Positions 20,699 through 31,085 of a stretch of DNA of 64,000 bases are shown in pieces; positions within the stretch are counted from its first letter, which is position 1; each line of letters opens with the position of its first letter. A model generated the notes under the pieces. The model saw only the letters and a program-made list of their open reading frames with translations, searched no databases and was not told the DNA's origin. A program made the position numbers and the translations under genes. Source of the stretch: an uncultured Methanomicrobiales archaeon (GTDB lineage Archaea; Halobacteriota; Methanomicrobia; Methanomicrobiales; Methanospirillaceae); NCBI GenBank assembly GCA_963758915.1, contig CAVWXH010000016.1, forward strand, positions 288,001-352,000, written 5' to 3'.

Positions 20699-21517
20699 AT
20701 GAGTTCCCCGGCATTACGGCTTAAATTTTATATCATTCTCCTTGCGCTGGTTCTTACTACAGGCATTGTTGGTTTTATTATTCTCGAGGGCCTTTCGCCC
20801 CTTGATTCAATTTACCTCACGATCGTTACCATTTCAACCGTCGGCTATGGAGATGTCGCTGCAAAGACTGATGCCGGCAAGGTACTCGCAATATTCGTTA
20901 TTCTTGCCGGGGTGGGGAGCTTCGTTTTTGTTGCTGTCAACTCGATTGAATTAACCCTCGGGCGGAAAGAGGCGATTGAAAGGACGAGGAAAGTAAATAT
21001 GATCGTCGGGGTGTTTTTTTCTGAGGCTGGAACACCTTTGATCAGGAAACTGAAAGGATCAATAACCGGAAGTGATGCATTGAATACTAGTCTGGAAGTG
21101 CAGCCCGAATGGACTGAAAGGGACTTCCTGGACGCAAAGACACGCATCGGGATCCTGAATTTTGAAATTGATATTCATAGGGTAGATCTTCCGGAAATTC
21201 ACCAGTTACTCAACGGAAAACGGACCATTTTTGTCCAACTCCTGCAGCACCCGGTCCTTTTTGAACATGAGGCGTTTACTGACCTGCTCAATGCGGTATT
21301 TCATCTTGAAGAGGAGTTATCAGCGAGGGAAGATTTCGGGGGGCTTCCTGAATCTGACCTTAACCACCTGGCAGGTGATACGAAAAGGGTTGTATCACTC
21401 ATTATCATTCAATGGCTCGATTACATGCTTCACCTTAAAACGAACTACCCGTACCTCTTCTCTCTTGCGGTGAGGACGAACCCGTTCAGCAATACCAGTT
21501 CGCCAGTGATCCGGTAA
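20699..21517 (+). CDS. Two-TM potassium channel with an uncharacterised C-terminal domain
   Basis: Selectivity filter TISTVGYGD between two TM helices; no GxGxxG RCK motif downstream. Confidence 0.85.
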   Translation: MSSPALRLKFYIILLALVLTTGIVGFIILEGLSPLDSIYLTIVTISTVGYGDVAAKTDAGKVLAIFVILAGVGSFVFVAVNSIELTLGRKEAIERTRKVNMIVGVFFSEAGTPLIRKLKGSITGSDALNTSLEVQPEWTERDFLDAKTRIGILNFEIDIHRVDLPEIHQLLNGKRTIFVQLLQHPVLFEHEAFTDLLNAVFHLEEELSAREDFGGLPESDLNHLAGDTKRVVSLIIIQWLDYMLHLKTNYPYLFSLAVRTNPFSNTSSPVIR

Positions 21518-21758
21518 ATGCAAACAGGACGGAAAGGCACCAGAGCGCTTTTGTCCGCTATTTATACCTGATTCAGGGCACCTCAAGAATACGGAACCGT
21601 TATAGTTTTTTTCGCGTCCCGGCTTGTTGCCAACATGTGGTGTCGATTTGGAACTTGTGAACCATATGGTTTCGATAGTATCACAAAGGGAACTTAAATT
21701 CCATTCTCCGGACAAATTAAGTCATGTTGTATTGAACTATTATCTTTCAGACTGGTCC

Positions 21759-22118
21759 CTACAAACCACACCGCTTTGTCTCCCAGTCTTTTATTGCCCC
21801 ACAACGCCTGCATTTGGGTACTCCGTCAATTACTGCTATGCTATGGTTTGAATTGCACCTGTTTTTCCAAAATACCGGAAGAAGGCCCATCCTTCCGCAT
21901 TTCCTGCACATTAATTTTCCCATTACCAGGGAAATATCGTGATTTTCAATACAGGGTGAATTAAATTCTCCGTTGGTCCTCCCACATTTTTTACATAGTA
22001 CTTTACCACCCATTCCGGCAATATCATGGGTCCCAGTACATGGATTTCCAAAGTCGGATATACGGCCACATACCGTGCATATTGTCAGCCCCTGTATTGT
22101 AACGATGTTATGGTCCAA
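21759..22118 (-). CDS. Small protein with four tandem H-x10-CxxCG-x(8-12)-C repeats (putative zinc-finger array)
   Basis: Four regular Cys/His repeats, conserved at amino-acid level; TTG start. Confidence 0.72.
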   Translation of the reverse strand: MDHNIVTIQGLTICTVCGRISDFGNPCTGTHDIAGMGGKVLCKKCGRTNGEFNSPCIENHDISLVMGKLMCRKCGRMGLLPVFWKNRCNSNHSIAVIDGVPKCRRCGAIKDWETKRCGL

Positions 22119-22305
22119 AATGTTACACCCGGTTAGTAGTATAGTAGTTCAGGATAAGAAATGTCGCTGGCAGGTAGTACTGCCTACGGCTGATACACTC
22201 TCATTCTACCGGGGTACCTATTCCGTGCTTCCGGTTTTGACAGGGTAAAAATGCTGAAATGATAGAGGTATGGTGATAAAACCGGAAAATAATTTAAGGC
22301 GGAGA

Positions 22306-22677
22306 TTAATCCGGTATTGCAAGTTCGATTGCAACCCGGAGTCCTTCATCATCAAAAGGCTTCGTGATAAAGCCATCCGGACCGGTTTTTTTTACACGTT
22401 GAAGGATGTCATGCTCGGTACGCGATGTCAGGTAAATAAACGGGATCTTTGTCTTTGTCTCTAGAAATTGTCCAACTTCGATACCATCCATTTCTCCCTG
22501 TAATTCGATGTCCAGGAGGACAACGTCAGGTTGCAATTGCTGTATCTTTTCAATTGCTTGAGCACCATTTTTCGAAGAACCGCAGACGTTGTGCCCAAGT
22601 TTTGATAGTCGCCATTCAATGACCTTAGAAATAATATCATCAACTTCCAAATAAAATATATTGGCCTTTTTCTCCAT
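22306..22677 (-). CDS. Stand-alone response regulator receiver protein
   Basis: EVDD acidic pocket, PDVVLLDIEL..MDG, IPFIYLTS and FITKPF. Confidence 0.9.
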   Translation of the reverse strand: MEKKANIFYLEVDDIISKVIEWRLSKLGHNVCGSSKNGAQAIEKIQQLQPDVVLLDIELQGEMDGIEVGQFLETKTKIPFIYLTSRTEHDILQRVKKTGPDGFITKPFDDEGLRVAIELAIPD

Positions 22678-23047
22678 TTCCCCCCCAGCAAATAGAATTA
22701 ATTATAATCTTTTTACGTTCTAAAACCTATTTAATTATTTGCTCCGGACTATAATAATTTCTCAATGGGACCTGTATGCCGTGTTATACCATGAAAAAAA
22801 ATTTGGAAAGCAAGGTTCCGGATTTCCGCTTCAAATGAATGGTACCGGTTATAACACTATATTTAGATGAAGAATCAGGAATTGATCATTATACCGGATT
22901 TCCCACCCTTTCGCATCAGGAGAGAGCCCTATCGCCCGATAACTGGTTTGATACTTCGTCTTTGTGTCCATTTGGTGAATTTCGAATTACCGGTAACATT
23001 CAAAATATATCCGGTTACATCCAATTACTTAATGGGAAAATAAAACG

Positions 23048-23290
23048 ATGACAGATATTTGCGATGATTGCTCGATTTGTGAAAGGCGGGAAACCTGTGC
23101 AGATGTGAACCTGTTACGCTGTCCCGCTTGTGGGGCCAAAGGAACAATTCAGAATATTTTCGATAACAAAGGGAATTTCGATACAATTGTTTTCTCAAAA
23201 GAACTCCGGATAGTAGAAGTTGAAGGCCATAGTGTGCCTGTATGCAATAAATGCGGGGCAATGATGGAACCAGAAGAGGGAGTTACATAA
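23048..23290 (+). CDS. Small Cys-rich (zinc-ribbon-like) hypothetical protein
   Basis: CDDCSIC-x5-C, CPACG and CNKCG in 80 aa. Confidence 0.65.
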   Translation: MTDICDDCSICERRETCADVNLLRCPACGAKGTIQNIFDNKGNFDTIVFSKELRIVEVEGHSVPVCNKCGAMMEPEEGVT

Positions 23291-23369
23291 GTCCCATTTA
23301 CTGGATGAACATAACTGAGGCTTACCATGTCTCTGATAAAATAATGGGGCTGCAATCAAAAAACAGGGA

Positions 23370-23441
23370 CGCCCCGGCCGGGATTTGAACCCGGGTCAAA
23401 AGCTCCGGAGGCTTCTAGGATGTCCACTACCCTACCGGGGC
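23370..23441 (-). tRNA. tRNA-Arg(CCG)
   Basis: Reverse complement GCCCCGG TA GGGT..ATCC T AGAAGC CTCCGGA GCTTT..CCGGGTTCAAATCCCGG CCGGGGC G folds as a cloverleaf; CCA not encoded. Confidence 0.95.
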
Positions 23442-23931
23442 ACATTATTGTTTCAACCCTCACAACTGATGCGAATTCTCGTGGCACCGCCTTGAAAGGG
23501 TTGTAACATATTGCTCATAAACTTATAAATAAACTTGCAATACGAACGGTAATTTAACACGGATATACTATTTGTCGAATGAAATACGTGGATAAATGCG
23601 TTAAAACAGGGAACTGTTTTCACAGGGTTCCGAATTATAGTCCACCCTTAACAGATTGGATTTCTGACCGCAAAGAACTGCGATGCAGGTACAGAAATCA
23701 CTATGGACACACTACCATTGTGGCTCAATGTTTTTAAGTATATCGAACCTTCTTCAGGACCGAAAAGGGGAAATAAGAGCTTATAATTCGTCTGGTACTG
23801 GTATATCGGGATTCATCCGGGGAGTATCAGGTAATAAATTATTCCAGTTCCGGCTCATTGTTATTGCAAAAAGGGGACAGAAAAAAAACTGGCCTGCCTT
23901 GTAAGCAGTCTTAATCTGTGAAAAACTGGTA

Positions 23932-24960
23932 TTATGAATGCCTGACCTGGTAAATATGCCAGATCTTACAGGCACCTTCATGACTGACCATGCAGGGACC
24001 AACCGGTGTCCTTGGGTTGCATACTTTCCCGAATAATTTACAATCCGCTGGTTCTGCAATACCCCTGAGTACTCTGTCGCATATACAGGCCGTATGCTTG
24101 GAGATGTGTTTGAATTCGAGATTAAATTTTTTCTGGGCGTCAAATTGTGCATACCCGGGTCGTAACCGGAGACCTGATTGCGGTATTATCGGAAACCCAC
24201 GCCATTCAACATCTGACGGTTCAAATACACGGTACATCAGGTCTTGTGCTTTTTTGTTCCCTTCACAGGTTACCGCTCTCGGGTAGGCATTATCTACACG
24301 GTGTGTACCCTCTTTTACCTGTTCAACAAGCATCAGGAGACCGAGCAGAATATCCTCTGCCTCAAAACCGGCCACCACCTGGGGGACAGGGAACTGTTCG
24401 TATTCATGGTACCCCATTACCGTACATACGTGCCCGGGAAGAATAAAGCCGTGAAGTGCTGCCTCGCCCTGTTCAAGGAGCCACTTCATGGCCGGAGGTA
24501 CAAGGCGGTGGCAGGAGAGAATAGAGAAATTAGCAGGAGGGTTGGTGAGCAGCGCCGCGGCAACGGTAGGTGCCGTTGTCTCAAACCCGACTGATATGAA
24601 TACCACTTCTTTCTCTGTCTTTTCTGCAATTTCTACGGCTTTATGGACTCCCTGCACTATCCTTACATCCCCGCCGCATGATTCAAGAGACCCCTTTGAA
24701 CCCGGGACCCTGAGCAGGTCGCCATAGGTAGCGATTATACATCCTTTTTCCACAAGGTCGAGTGCAGCATCAATCTCACCCTGGGGTGTAATACAGACCG
24801 GACACCCGGGCCCCATCACGATTTTCAGCCTTTTCGGGAGTACACTTCGGAGCCCTGTCCGGGCAATGGCGGCCTCATGAGTCCCGCAGATATGCATAAA
24901 GGTGAGGTCGCGGTCTACCACCTGATGGAGTTTTTCAGTTATTTCCTTTCCAACCGCCAT
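23932..24960 (-). CDS. hypD: Hydrogenase maturation protein HypD
   Basis: MHICGTHE, GPGCPVC, GFETTAP, PGHV and GPCMVSHEGAC. Confidence 0.97.
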   Translation of the reverse strand: MAVGKEITEKLHQVVDRDLTFMHICGTHEAAIARTGLRSVLPKRLKIVMGPGCPVCITPQGEIDAALDLVEKGCIIATYGDLLRVPGSKGSLESCGGDVRIVQGVHKAVEIAEKTEKEVVFISVGFETTAPTVAAALLTNPPANFSILSCHRLVPPAMKWLLEQGEAALHGFILPGHVCTVMGYHEYEQFPVPQVVAGFEAEDILLGLLMLVEQVKEGTHRVDNAYPRAVTCEGNKKAQDLMYRVFEPSDVEWRGFPIIPQSGLRLRPGYAQFDAQKKFNLEFKHISKHTACICDRVLRGIAEPADCKLFGKVCNPRTPVGPCMVSHEGACKIWHIYQVRHS

Positions 24961-25364
24961 AATTCAACAATTATTTCAGCGCTAATCACATAAGAGTGCT
25001 GATTGTAATTCAACGCTAAATACGATGAACGGTATATTCAGTTAGCTGCTACCCGGTGGATCGCTACAATAATCACTCGCATTTCCAGCGGGCAAACCTC
25101 CTGAATCCCTCAATTTTAACAGCACTATCTGCCCGCCATATTTTAGTTATGTCAGGATCATATCGGAATTTCGTGTTCTGTTTGCAAATACCCCTTATAG
25201 TTATACCCCGGATCTGCAATGTCACAGGTTATCCGCCATTACTGTTTAGGAAATTCCCGTGTAATTTTATGTAAACGGCCCAGAAATTCCGTTCGATCTA
25301 TCTATTTCAAAGGCATACAGTAAATTTCCATACCTATTTATAGCCACCTGCTCCACCGCTCACT

Positions 25365-26078
25365 ATGCTGGGCGTCTCAACCTACTGTCTTCATGGAGAG
25401 CCGCTTGATAGTGCGCTTGAGAAGTTATCAGGAATCACCCGCATGGTTGAGGTGATGGATGAAGGGTATCATTTTCTGGGTGACACCTCGGTTCTGGAGA
25501 GTTACTCATTGCGCTATTCAATCCACGCCCCATATCACGGGATTAATATTGCCAGCATTTTTGAGACTATCCGGCGTGCCAGTATCGAAGTGACACTGGA
25601 CTGTTTCTCTGTTGCTGCCGAAAAAGGCGCTGATGTTGTCGTGCACCCAGGGTATTATGCCTGGGAACACGAACGTGGTGCTGCCCTGCGACAATTTAAT
25701 AAATCAAACCGGGAACTCTCCAATGCTGCGGATGACCTTTCATTGAATTTTTATTTTGAAAATATGGGGTGCATGGATTATTTCTTTTTAAGGACGCCCG
25801 ATGAACTTGACCTTCTCGGGGACACCGGGTTTGCGCTCGATGTAGGTCATGCGAACCTGAACAACTGCCTGCCGGCATTCCTCGAAACAACGATTGACCA
25901 TGTGCATATTCATGACAATTATGGGATGACCGACTCACATAGCCCCATCGGGGAAGGCGATATTGATTTTGAGGCAGTGATGGAGGCGATTCAACGGAGC
26001 CGTGCAACAGCTGTCCTCGAAGTGGCCACATTTGAAGGGGTAATCAGGAGTATTGAAGCCCTCCTCCAAATCTCCTGA
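25365..26078 (+). CDS. Sugar phosphate isomerase/epimerase (AP endonuclease 2-like TIM barrel)
   Basis: SIHAP, VVHPG, FENM, LDVGHA, HVHIHDN and DSH..GEG.IDF. Confidence 0.88.
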   Translation: MLGVSTYCLHGEPLDSALEKLSGITRMVEVMDEGYHFLGDTSVLESYSLRYSIHAPYHGINIASIFETIRRASIEVTLDCFSVAAEKGADVVVHPGYYAWEHERGAALRQFNKSNRELSNAADDLSLNFYFENMGCMDYFFLRTPDELDLLGDTGFALDVGHANLNNCLPAFLETTIDHVHIHDNYGMTDSHSPIGEGDIDFEAVMEAIQRSRATAVLEVATFEGVIRSIEALLQIS

Positions 26079-26329
26079 ACTGCCTGGCGGTCATCGGTTT
26101 GCAAGTTATTATCTTCCGGCAGGAGTGTTATCAGAATATGCGGGATGAAATTTCAGCTTCGCATATTCCTCCAATCCGGGCAGCAATCGGCAGTCCTGAG
26201 ATTCGTGTTCCGCAATCTTTTAAACATAATACTACGTAGTTTATAGGACACAGCAGCATGCCGTCGTTGCCAAGCAGCATATAATTCCAAGCCTTATGCC
26301 TGCCTGCACATTATGGCGTTCTTCCCTGT

Positions 26330-26403
26330 GCCTGTGTGACACAGCCCGGTAGTGTGCCTCCTTGGTAAGGAGGAAGTCGCGAGTTCGAATCTCGCCACAG
26401 GCT
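26330..26403 (+). tRNA. tRNA-Thr(GGT)
   Basis: Acceptor GCCTGTG/CACAGGC, D-stem ACAC/GTGT, anticodon arm CCTCC-TTGGTAA-GGAGG and T-arm GCGAG-TTCGAAT-CTCGC. Confidence 0.95.
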
Positions 26404-26453
26404 TGCTTCAAAAGTGTATCTATAACTTTTTTCTATGAATTATTGGAAATAGG

Positions 26454-26714
26454 GGCTTTGTTGAAACCCTTCGGTGTCATAAAAAATAAGAGGGAAATAC
26501 GAAGACAGGATGGGGTTTCACCCCCTCCCTGCCCACCCCCATTAAGATATTCTTCGGGCAGGGTTTCCCGAAGGTTCATTAAATTCAGAGTATTTTTTGG
26601 TAGTCTCTATCCCAACCGGGATCGCCAAAGCGGCGGGCCATGAGCCCCGGGAGTGTGACAAAATTTTGGAATTCCCAATCTATAAGATAGATTTGAGAGG
26701 AATTCTACAGAGCG
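26454..26714 (+). mobile_element. MITE-like element, copy C
   Basis: Closely matches copy B along its length; left end GGCTTTGTTGAAA, right end ATTCTACAGAGCG; no TSD visible; 50 nt after tRNA-Thr. Confidence 0.87.
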
Positions 26715-26977
26715 TGCTATGAGCCGTTGGCTCATAGATGAGTATGAAAAAGGTCTTCTTTCAGGTGGTTCGTGGAGTTTTTCATACCAGCCGAAATAGG
26801 TTATTAGATCGTTCTGTTCTCTTGGTAATGAACTCATTCTATCATTGGCAAGGTTATCCGCTGGACTGTTTCTACATCTGATATGTAATGAACGGATGAA
26901 CCGTCGGGAATTCAATAGTCTGAAAAAAAGGGTATGTTTTCCATACCTACAACCAGAAAAAAATAAATTTATTCACG

Positions 26978-27841
26978 TCAGTCCTTGTCCCTTTTCCTGT
27001 GATAAATTAATATTACTGTTATCTCCAGGATGATGACAATGACCACAATTACTATGGCATAGAGAAATGACGCACCGATCTGATCATTGTGTGTTGCAGG
27101 AGTTACTACTAGCGTGGGCGGTTGGGAAATCAAGGGATATGTGGTGGGCGTTTGTACCGGTGCAGTTGTCCGGGTCATAACCGTGGTCGACAGTTCTGTC
27201 ACCGTAATATAATCCGTGAGTGTCCTGATATTGGAGCCCCCAGCCCCGGTTACCGTTAATGAGACAGTATAAGTACCGGGAACAGGGTACTTGTGTTCTG
27301 GAGGGTCCTCCAGTTTACTCTGACTGCCATCCCCAAAGTCCCAGTACCATGATGTTGGTGATCCGGTAGAAGATTCGGTAAACGTAACGGTAAGGGGTGC
27401 TGTGCCAGTTGTGGGAGATCCGTTAAACGCTGCTTTTATTGGCGGTGGCGTGGTGTCGGTTAATGCCGGCGTGGTTCCGGTTGGTGCTGGCGTTGGAACA
27501 TCAACTGAAATATACCCGATCTGAACGTTGCTATCACTGAACCCCCCGCCTGTTATGGTTAACCTGACCGAATAAGCTCCCGGAATCGTATAGGTGTGAG
27601 AAGGGTTTTGTATTGTTTCCGTTGCCCTATCTCCAAAGTCCCAGTACCATGATGTTGGAGCACCGGATGACAAATCGGTGAACTGAACTGTAAGGGGGGC
27701 AGGACCTGAAGTAGGTGTGCCGCTAAACCCGGCAACATAGGCTGCACTTACCGGCAGCACAACAACGGCTATAAGGATAAATGTTATCAATATGGTCAAT
27801 AATCTAGAAACCGACGTTTTCAGAACTGGAATACTCTTCAA
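26978..27841 (-). CDS. Surface protein with two PKD domains and a C-terminal membrane anchor
   Basis: Signal peptide; two (A/G)PLTV.FT..S.G.PTSWYWDFGD..P.H.Y..PG.Y.V.LT repeats; Thr/Pro linkers; TM plus basic tail. Confidence 0.92.
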   Translation of the reverse strand: MKSIPVLKTSVSRLLTILITFILIAVVVLPVSAAYVAGFSGTPTSGPAPLTVQFTDLSSGAPTSWYWDFGDRATETIQNPSHTYTIPGAYSVRLTITGGGFSDSNVQIGYISVDVPTPAPTGTTPALTDTTPPPIKAAFNGSPTTGTAPLTVTFTESSTGSPTSWYWDFGDGSQSKLEDPPEHKYPVPGTYTVSLTVTGAGGSNIRTLTDYITVTELSTTVMTRTTAPVQTPTTYPLISQPPTLVVTPATHNDQIGASFLYAIVIVVIVIILEITVILIYHRKRDKD

Positions 27842-28185
27842 CCCCTTTGTACGGTATGATTCACTGCAAACACTTCCTGATAATGAGGATACCAGTTTCG
27901 TACCATGGTGGTATGTTCCATTTTACACCAGGTCCTTTCTATCCTATAGGATAATTCTCATATCGTTTGACTAGTATTTTATATATCTCTCTAATTTTTC
28001 GGGCAGTGCATGAAATTGTCCTGTGAGTCAGTCCTTCAGGCCTGAATATCCCTTTTGGAATTGATCCGGTTTATCCATTCAAATACTATAAGGTCCTGTT
28101 CCTAATATTCCTGCTACCGGACTGTTACGGGACAACAAATTTCCCGGTCTGACTGAAAAAAGAATGGGGTTACATTCGGATGATT

Positions 28186-28395
28186 TCATCCATAATCAAA
28201 ATCGAAGTCATTATCGTCGTAATCTTCACTCATGGTCCTCCAGATATCCACACAAATCTTCGGGTGTCCACTGCAATAACAATCAACTAAACACTTATAT
28301 CGCAATTCTCCATCAGTACCCACGTACCAATTCAGGTATTCACAAGCTCCATATCTCTCAACATATGCCGCTTCTTCACGTGTTCCATATTGCAT
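28186..28395 (-). CDS. Small hypothetical protein with a Cys cluster and acidic tail
   Basis: 69 aa with an ATG start, directly downstream of the CDF gene on the same strand; five Cys; D-rich C-terminus. Confidence 0.5.
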   Translation of the reverse strand: MQYGTREEAAYVERYGACEYLNWYVGTDGELRYKCLVDCYCSGHPKICVDIWRTMSEDYDDNDFDFDYG

Positions 28396-28441
28396 AGATT
28401 ACACCCGGGATAAGAAGACTAGTCTGATATCCAGGCAGGTA

Positions 28442-29403
28442 TTAATTTTTATCATCTGACGTATTTTTCTCATAATATGTACAGAATGAGCCGCATCTTA
28501 CACAACCCTCGTTACAGGGCTCTACATGAATGGTAACAGTGGATCTCGGGTATTCCAGTCTGAGATCAGCTTCAAGATGGTCCTCGAAATCGTGGGCCAG
28601 CTCCACTGAGAGATCTTTTGGCATCACCAGATGAAAGTCAATGAATATTTCCGGTCCCGCCCGCCGGGTTTTTAATTCATGGAACCCTGCATAATCCATT
28701 GCATGTTCGCAGATTATTTCCTTGATCCGCATTTCATCCGCTTTGGGGAGGCTCTGGTCCATCAGGTCTGAAAGTGACCGCTTTGTCAGGTCGTAGGCGG
28801 CTTTCATAATTACAACGGCAACACAGATAGCAACGATTGGATCAAAGATGGTAATCCCCGTCAGTCGTATCAGGATAAGCCCGAAAAAAACGCCAAGAGA
28901 GGTATATACATCAGTCCGGAGGTGCCAGGCATCGCTTTCAAGGGCGATTGAGTCTGTTTGTTTTGCCACCTTCATCAGCCGTGAAGACACGTACCAGTTC
29001 ACCAGTGCTGAAAAACCCATGACGGCAATACCTGCCATGAGCATTGTGGGGGTGAATTGTTCAGGCTCCTCCCCGAGCAGTTTGTTAACTGATTCGTAAA
29101 TAATCAGGACCGCAGCGATAAAAATAAGCAGCGCTTCGACGAGGCCTGAAATATCTTCGAATTTCCCATGACCAAACGTATGTTCTGGATCGGGGGCTCG
29201 GCGGATTTCCTGACCGCAAAAAATGCGATCACCGCGGCCACCAGGTCCATCATGGAATGTATTGCTTCAGAGATGATACTCACGGAGCCGATGGCCAGAC
29301 CCACAACAAATTTTAATATCACCAGCCCGGTATTAGAGATAATAGAGAGCCTTGCTGTCTTTTCTTTCAGCCTGTCAAGATTTTTTTTATCCGGGTCCGG
29401 CAT
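28442..29403 (-). pseudogene. Cation diffusion facilitator (FieF-like) transporter, frameshifted near 29190
   Basis: SEAIHSMMD, then after a shift in a C5 run DPEHTFGHGKFE, then SDAWHLRTD and a C-terminal TRRAG..IHVEP dimerisation domain. Likely a homopolymer sequencing error. Confidence 0.88.
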
Positions 29404-29746
29404 TGTATATGAGTCCTGATATGATATGGGTTGTACAATATTTCAACATATTGAGGCATTGCGGTACAAAACAAGACTCCTAGTATCAATGACCGCCTAA
29501 TCTTGTTAATGCCATGAATATCCGGAATTTGGTGGCCCCGGCCACGATATGATGCTGGCAATCAAACATGTATTCCCATTCCGGTTAACGAAAAATGAGG
29601 TCTATGGAAAAGATATCTCCAGGATATGTTAATTGTGTGGGGTGAGCCAGGCCGATTCACTCCGGAATTCCCAGTGATTTCTTAGCAATTCTTCGTATGA
29701 ATTTTTATTAAACGAATCTTTATTGGATGGGAGATAAATTTTTATT

Positions 29747-30274
29747 ATGTCTTTAATTTTGGACCACATCAGTAAAATCGGTATTACTACCAAAATAAGG
29801 ATTATATCTCTTTTTATCCTGTTGGTCCCGGTTTACTTCTTTACTATCGGTGATTTTTATGGAAGTGGTTTCCAGGCACCTTTTTTCAGGTACCAGGAGG
29901 TATTTTTTGGCTCCTTTGTGGTTTTTATCAGCAATGATGTAAACAATGTCATGAATGGTTTTTTCAAGGGTGCGATGATCCCGGTTGTTATATTATGGTT
30001 TCTTGGTTTTTTATTCCTGGTAGTGAATAGTGTCTTACTATTTGTTGATAAGACAGAATTTAATCGGATTATCAGAAGGAGTGGGATTTTAATGATAATT
30101 TCAGGATTATTTTTCCTGTTTTCAATTATTGTGCATTATGGCCCGCTTTTCCATAATTCATCAGGGATAGCCATCCCTCTCGGTTTACCACTTATTTTTC
30201 TTATTGGGATCTGGATGTACCGGTGGGCGGATAATGATGAAAACAGAGTTAATACGGAACAGTCTGCACTTTAA
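29747..30274 (+). CDS. Hypothetical integral membrane protein (about four TM)
   Basis: 175-aa ORF with several hydrophobic segments; fills the gap. Confidence 0.65.
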   Translation: MSLILDHISKIGITTKIRIISLFILLVPVYFFTIGDFYGSGFQAPFFRYQEVFFGSFVVFISNDVNNVMNGFFKGAMIPVVILWFLGFLFLVVNSVLLFVDKTEFNRIIRRSGILMIISGLFFLFSIIVHYGPLFHNSSGIAIPLGLPLIFLIGIWMYRWADNDENRVNTEQSAL

Positions 30275-30600
30275 GTTAGGCCGAAATATTCAAACCCGTC
30301 CTGATTGATGAAATGGAGGTCTATCCGGGAACGGAGAGACTGTTTTGGTATCTGAATGGTGCATAATCAGATATCAGATCTCTTCTCTGAAAAATCCCGT
30401 AAATATTTTACCTGCTCATTTTTCAGTAGGGCCTTTTTTCGTGACTCTCAGTATACGTATGCGAATCCTGTCCGAATGAGTGAACCTTAACCGGTTATCT
30501 GGCAAAAAAGGAATTTCCCCGCTGATATGAAAGACTCAGGCAAAACAGTCTGAACTGCCACCTTTTTCATGCTCATCGATGAGCAGACAGCTCATGGAAC

Positions 30601-30910
30601 GTTTTGGGTGAAACCATACATAATTAAAAAACTGGGAATACCAGGACAGGAGATGGTGTCTCTCCCTCCGTGTCCAACCCCAGATAAGATATCCTTGGGC
30701 AGCGATTAGATGCTGCATTCCTGAATATTTCTGAAATTCAAAGGACATTCCCTATTACGACCCGGGTCGCCAGAGCGGCCGGGGCGGTGCCGCAGGAGCG
30801 TGAATAAATTTTGGACAACCTTCATTTAAAATTGGCTTTAAGAAAAATTCCCATTTAAATGTCGAACCGGCCACCAATAGAAGAAGATTTCCAAGGATGT
30901 TGTCATAGCC
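30601..30910 (+). mobile_element. MITE-like element, copy D (degenerate)
   Basis: Retains GACAGGAG..CCCTCC, ACCCC.GATAAGATAT, CCGGGTCGCCAGAGCGGCC and GCGTGAATAAATTTTGGA (shared with copy E); ends are degenerate and boundaries approximate. Confidence 0.7.
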
Positions 30911-31085
30911 AGGTTGTGTACAATTACGTTCAGGCATGTCTTCAACAAAGCAAATTTCCGAACATCACACTCCCGGGTGCGTCGGTCCCGTAATATTTTG
31001 ATGAAGACACGATTATTTCAAGGAAGATATAAAATCAGACGAGGTCGATCTATTGTAATAGTTAGGTCATATACCCAGGTGAATA

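Noticed and set aside
21600-23370. Integrated element at tRNA-Arg
   Set aside because: No integrase and no duplicated tRNA 3' end.
30305-30355. Possible C/D-box sRNA (TTGATGA..CTGA)
   Set aside because: No internal D'/C' boxes or identifiable guide; short motifs like this are expected by chance.
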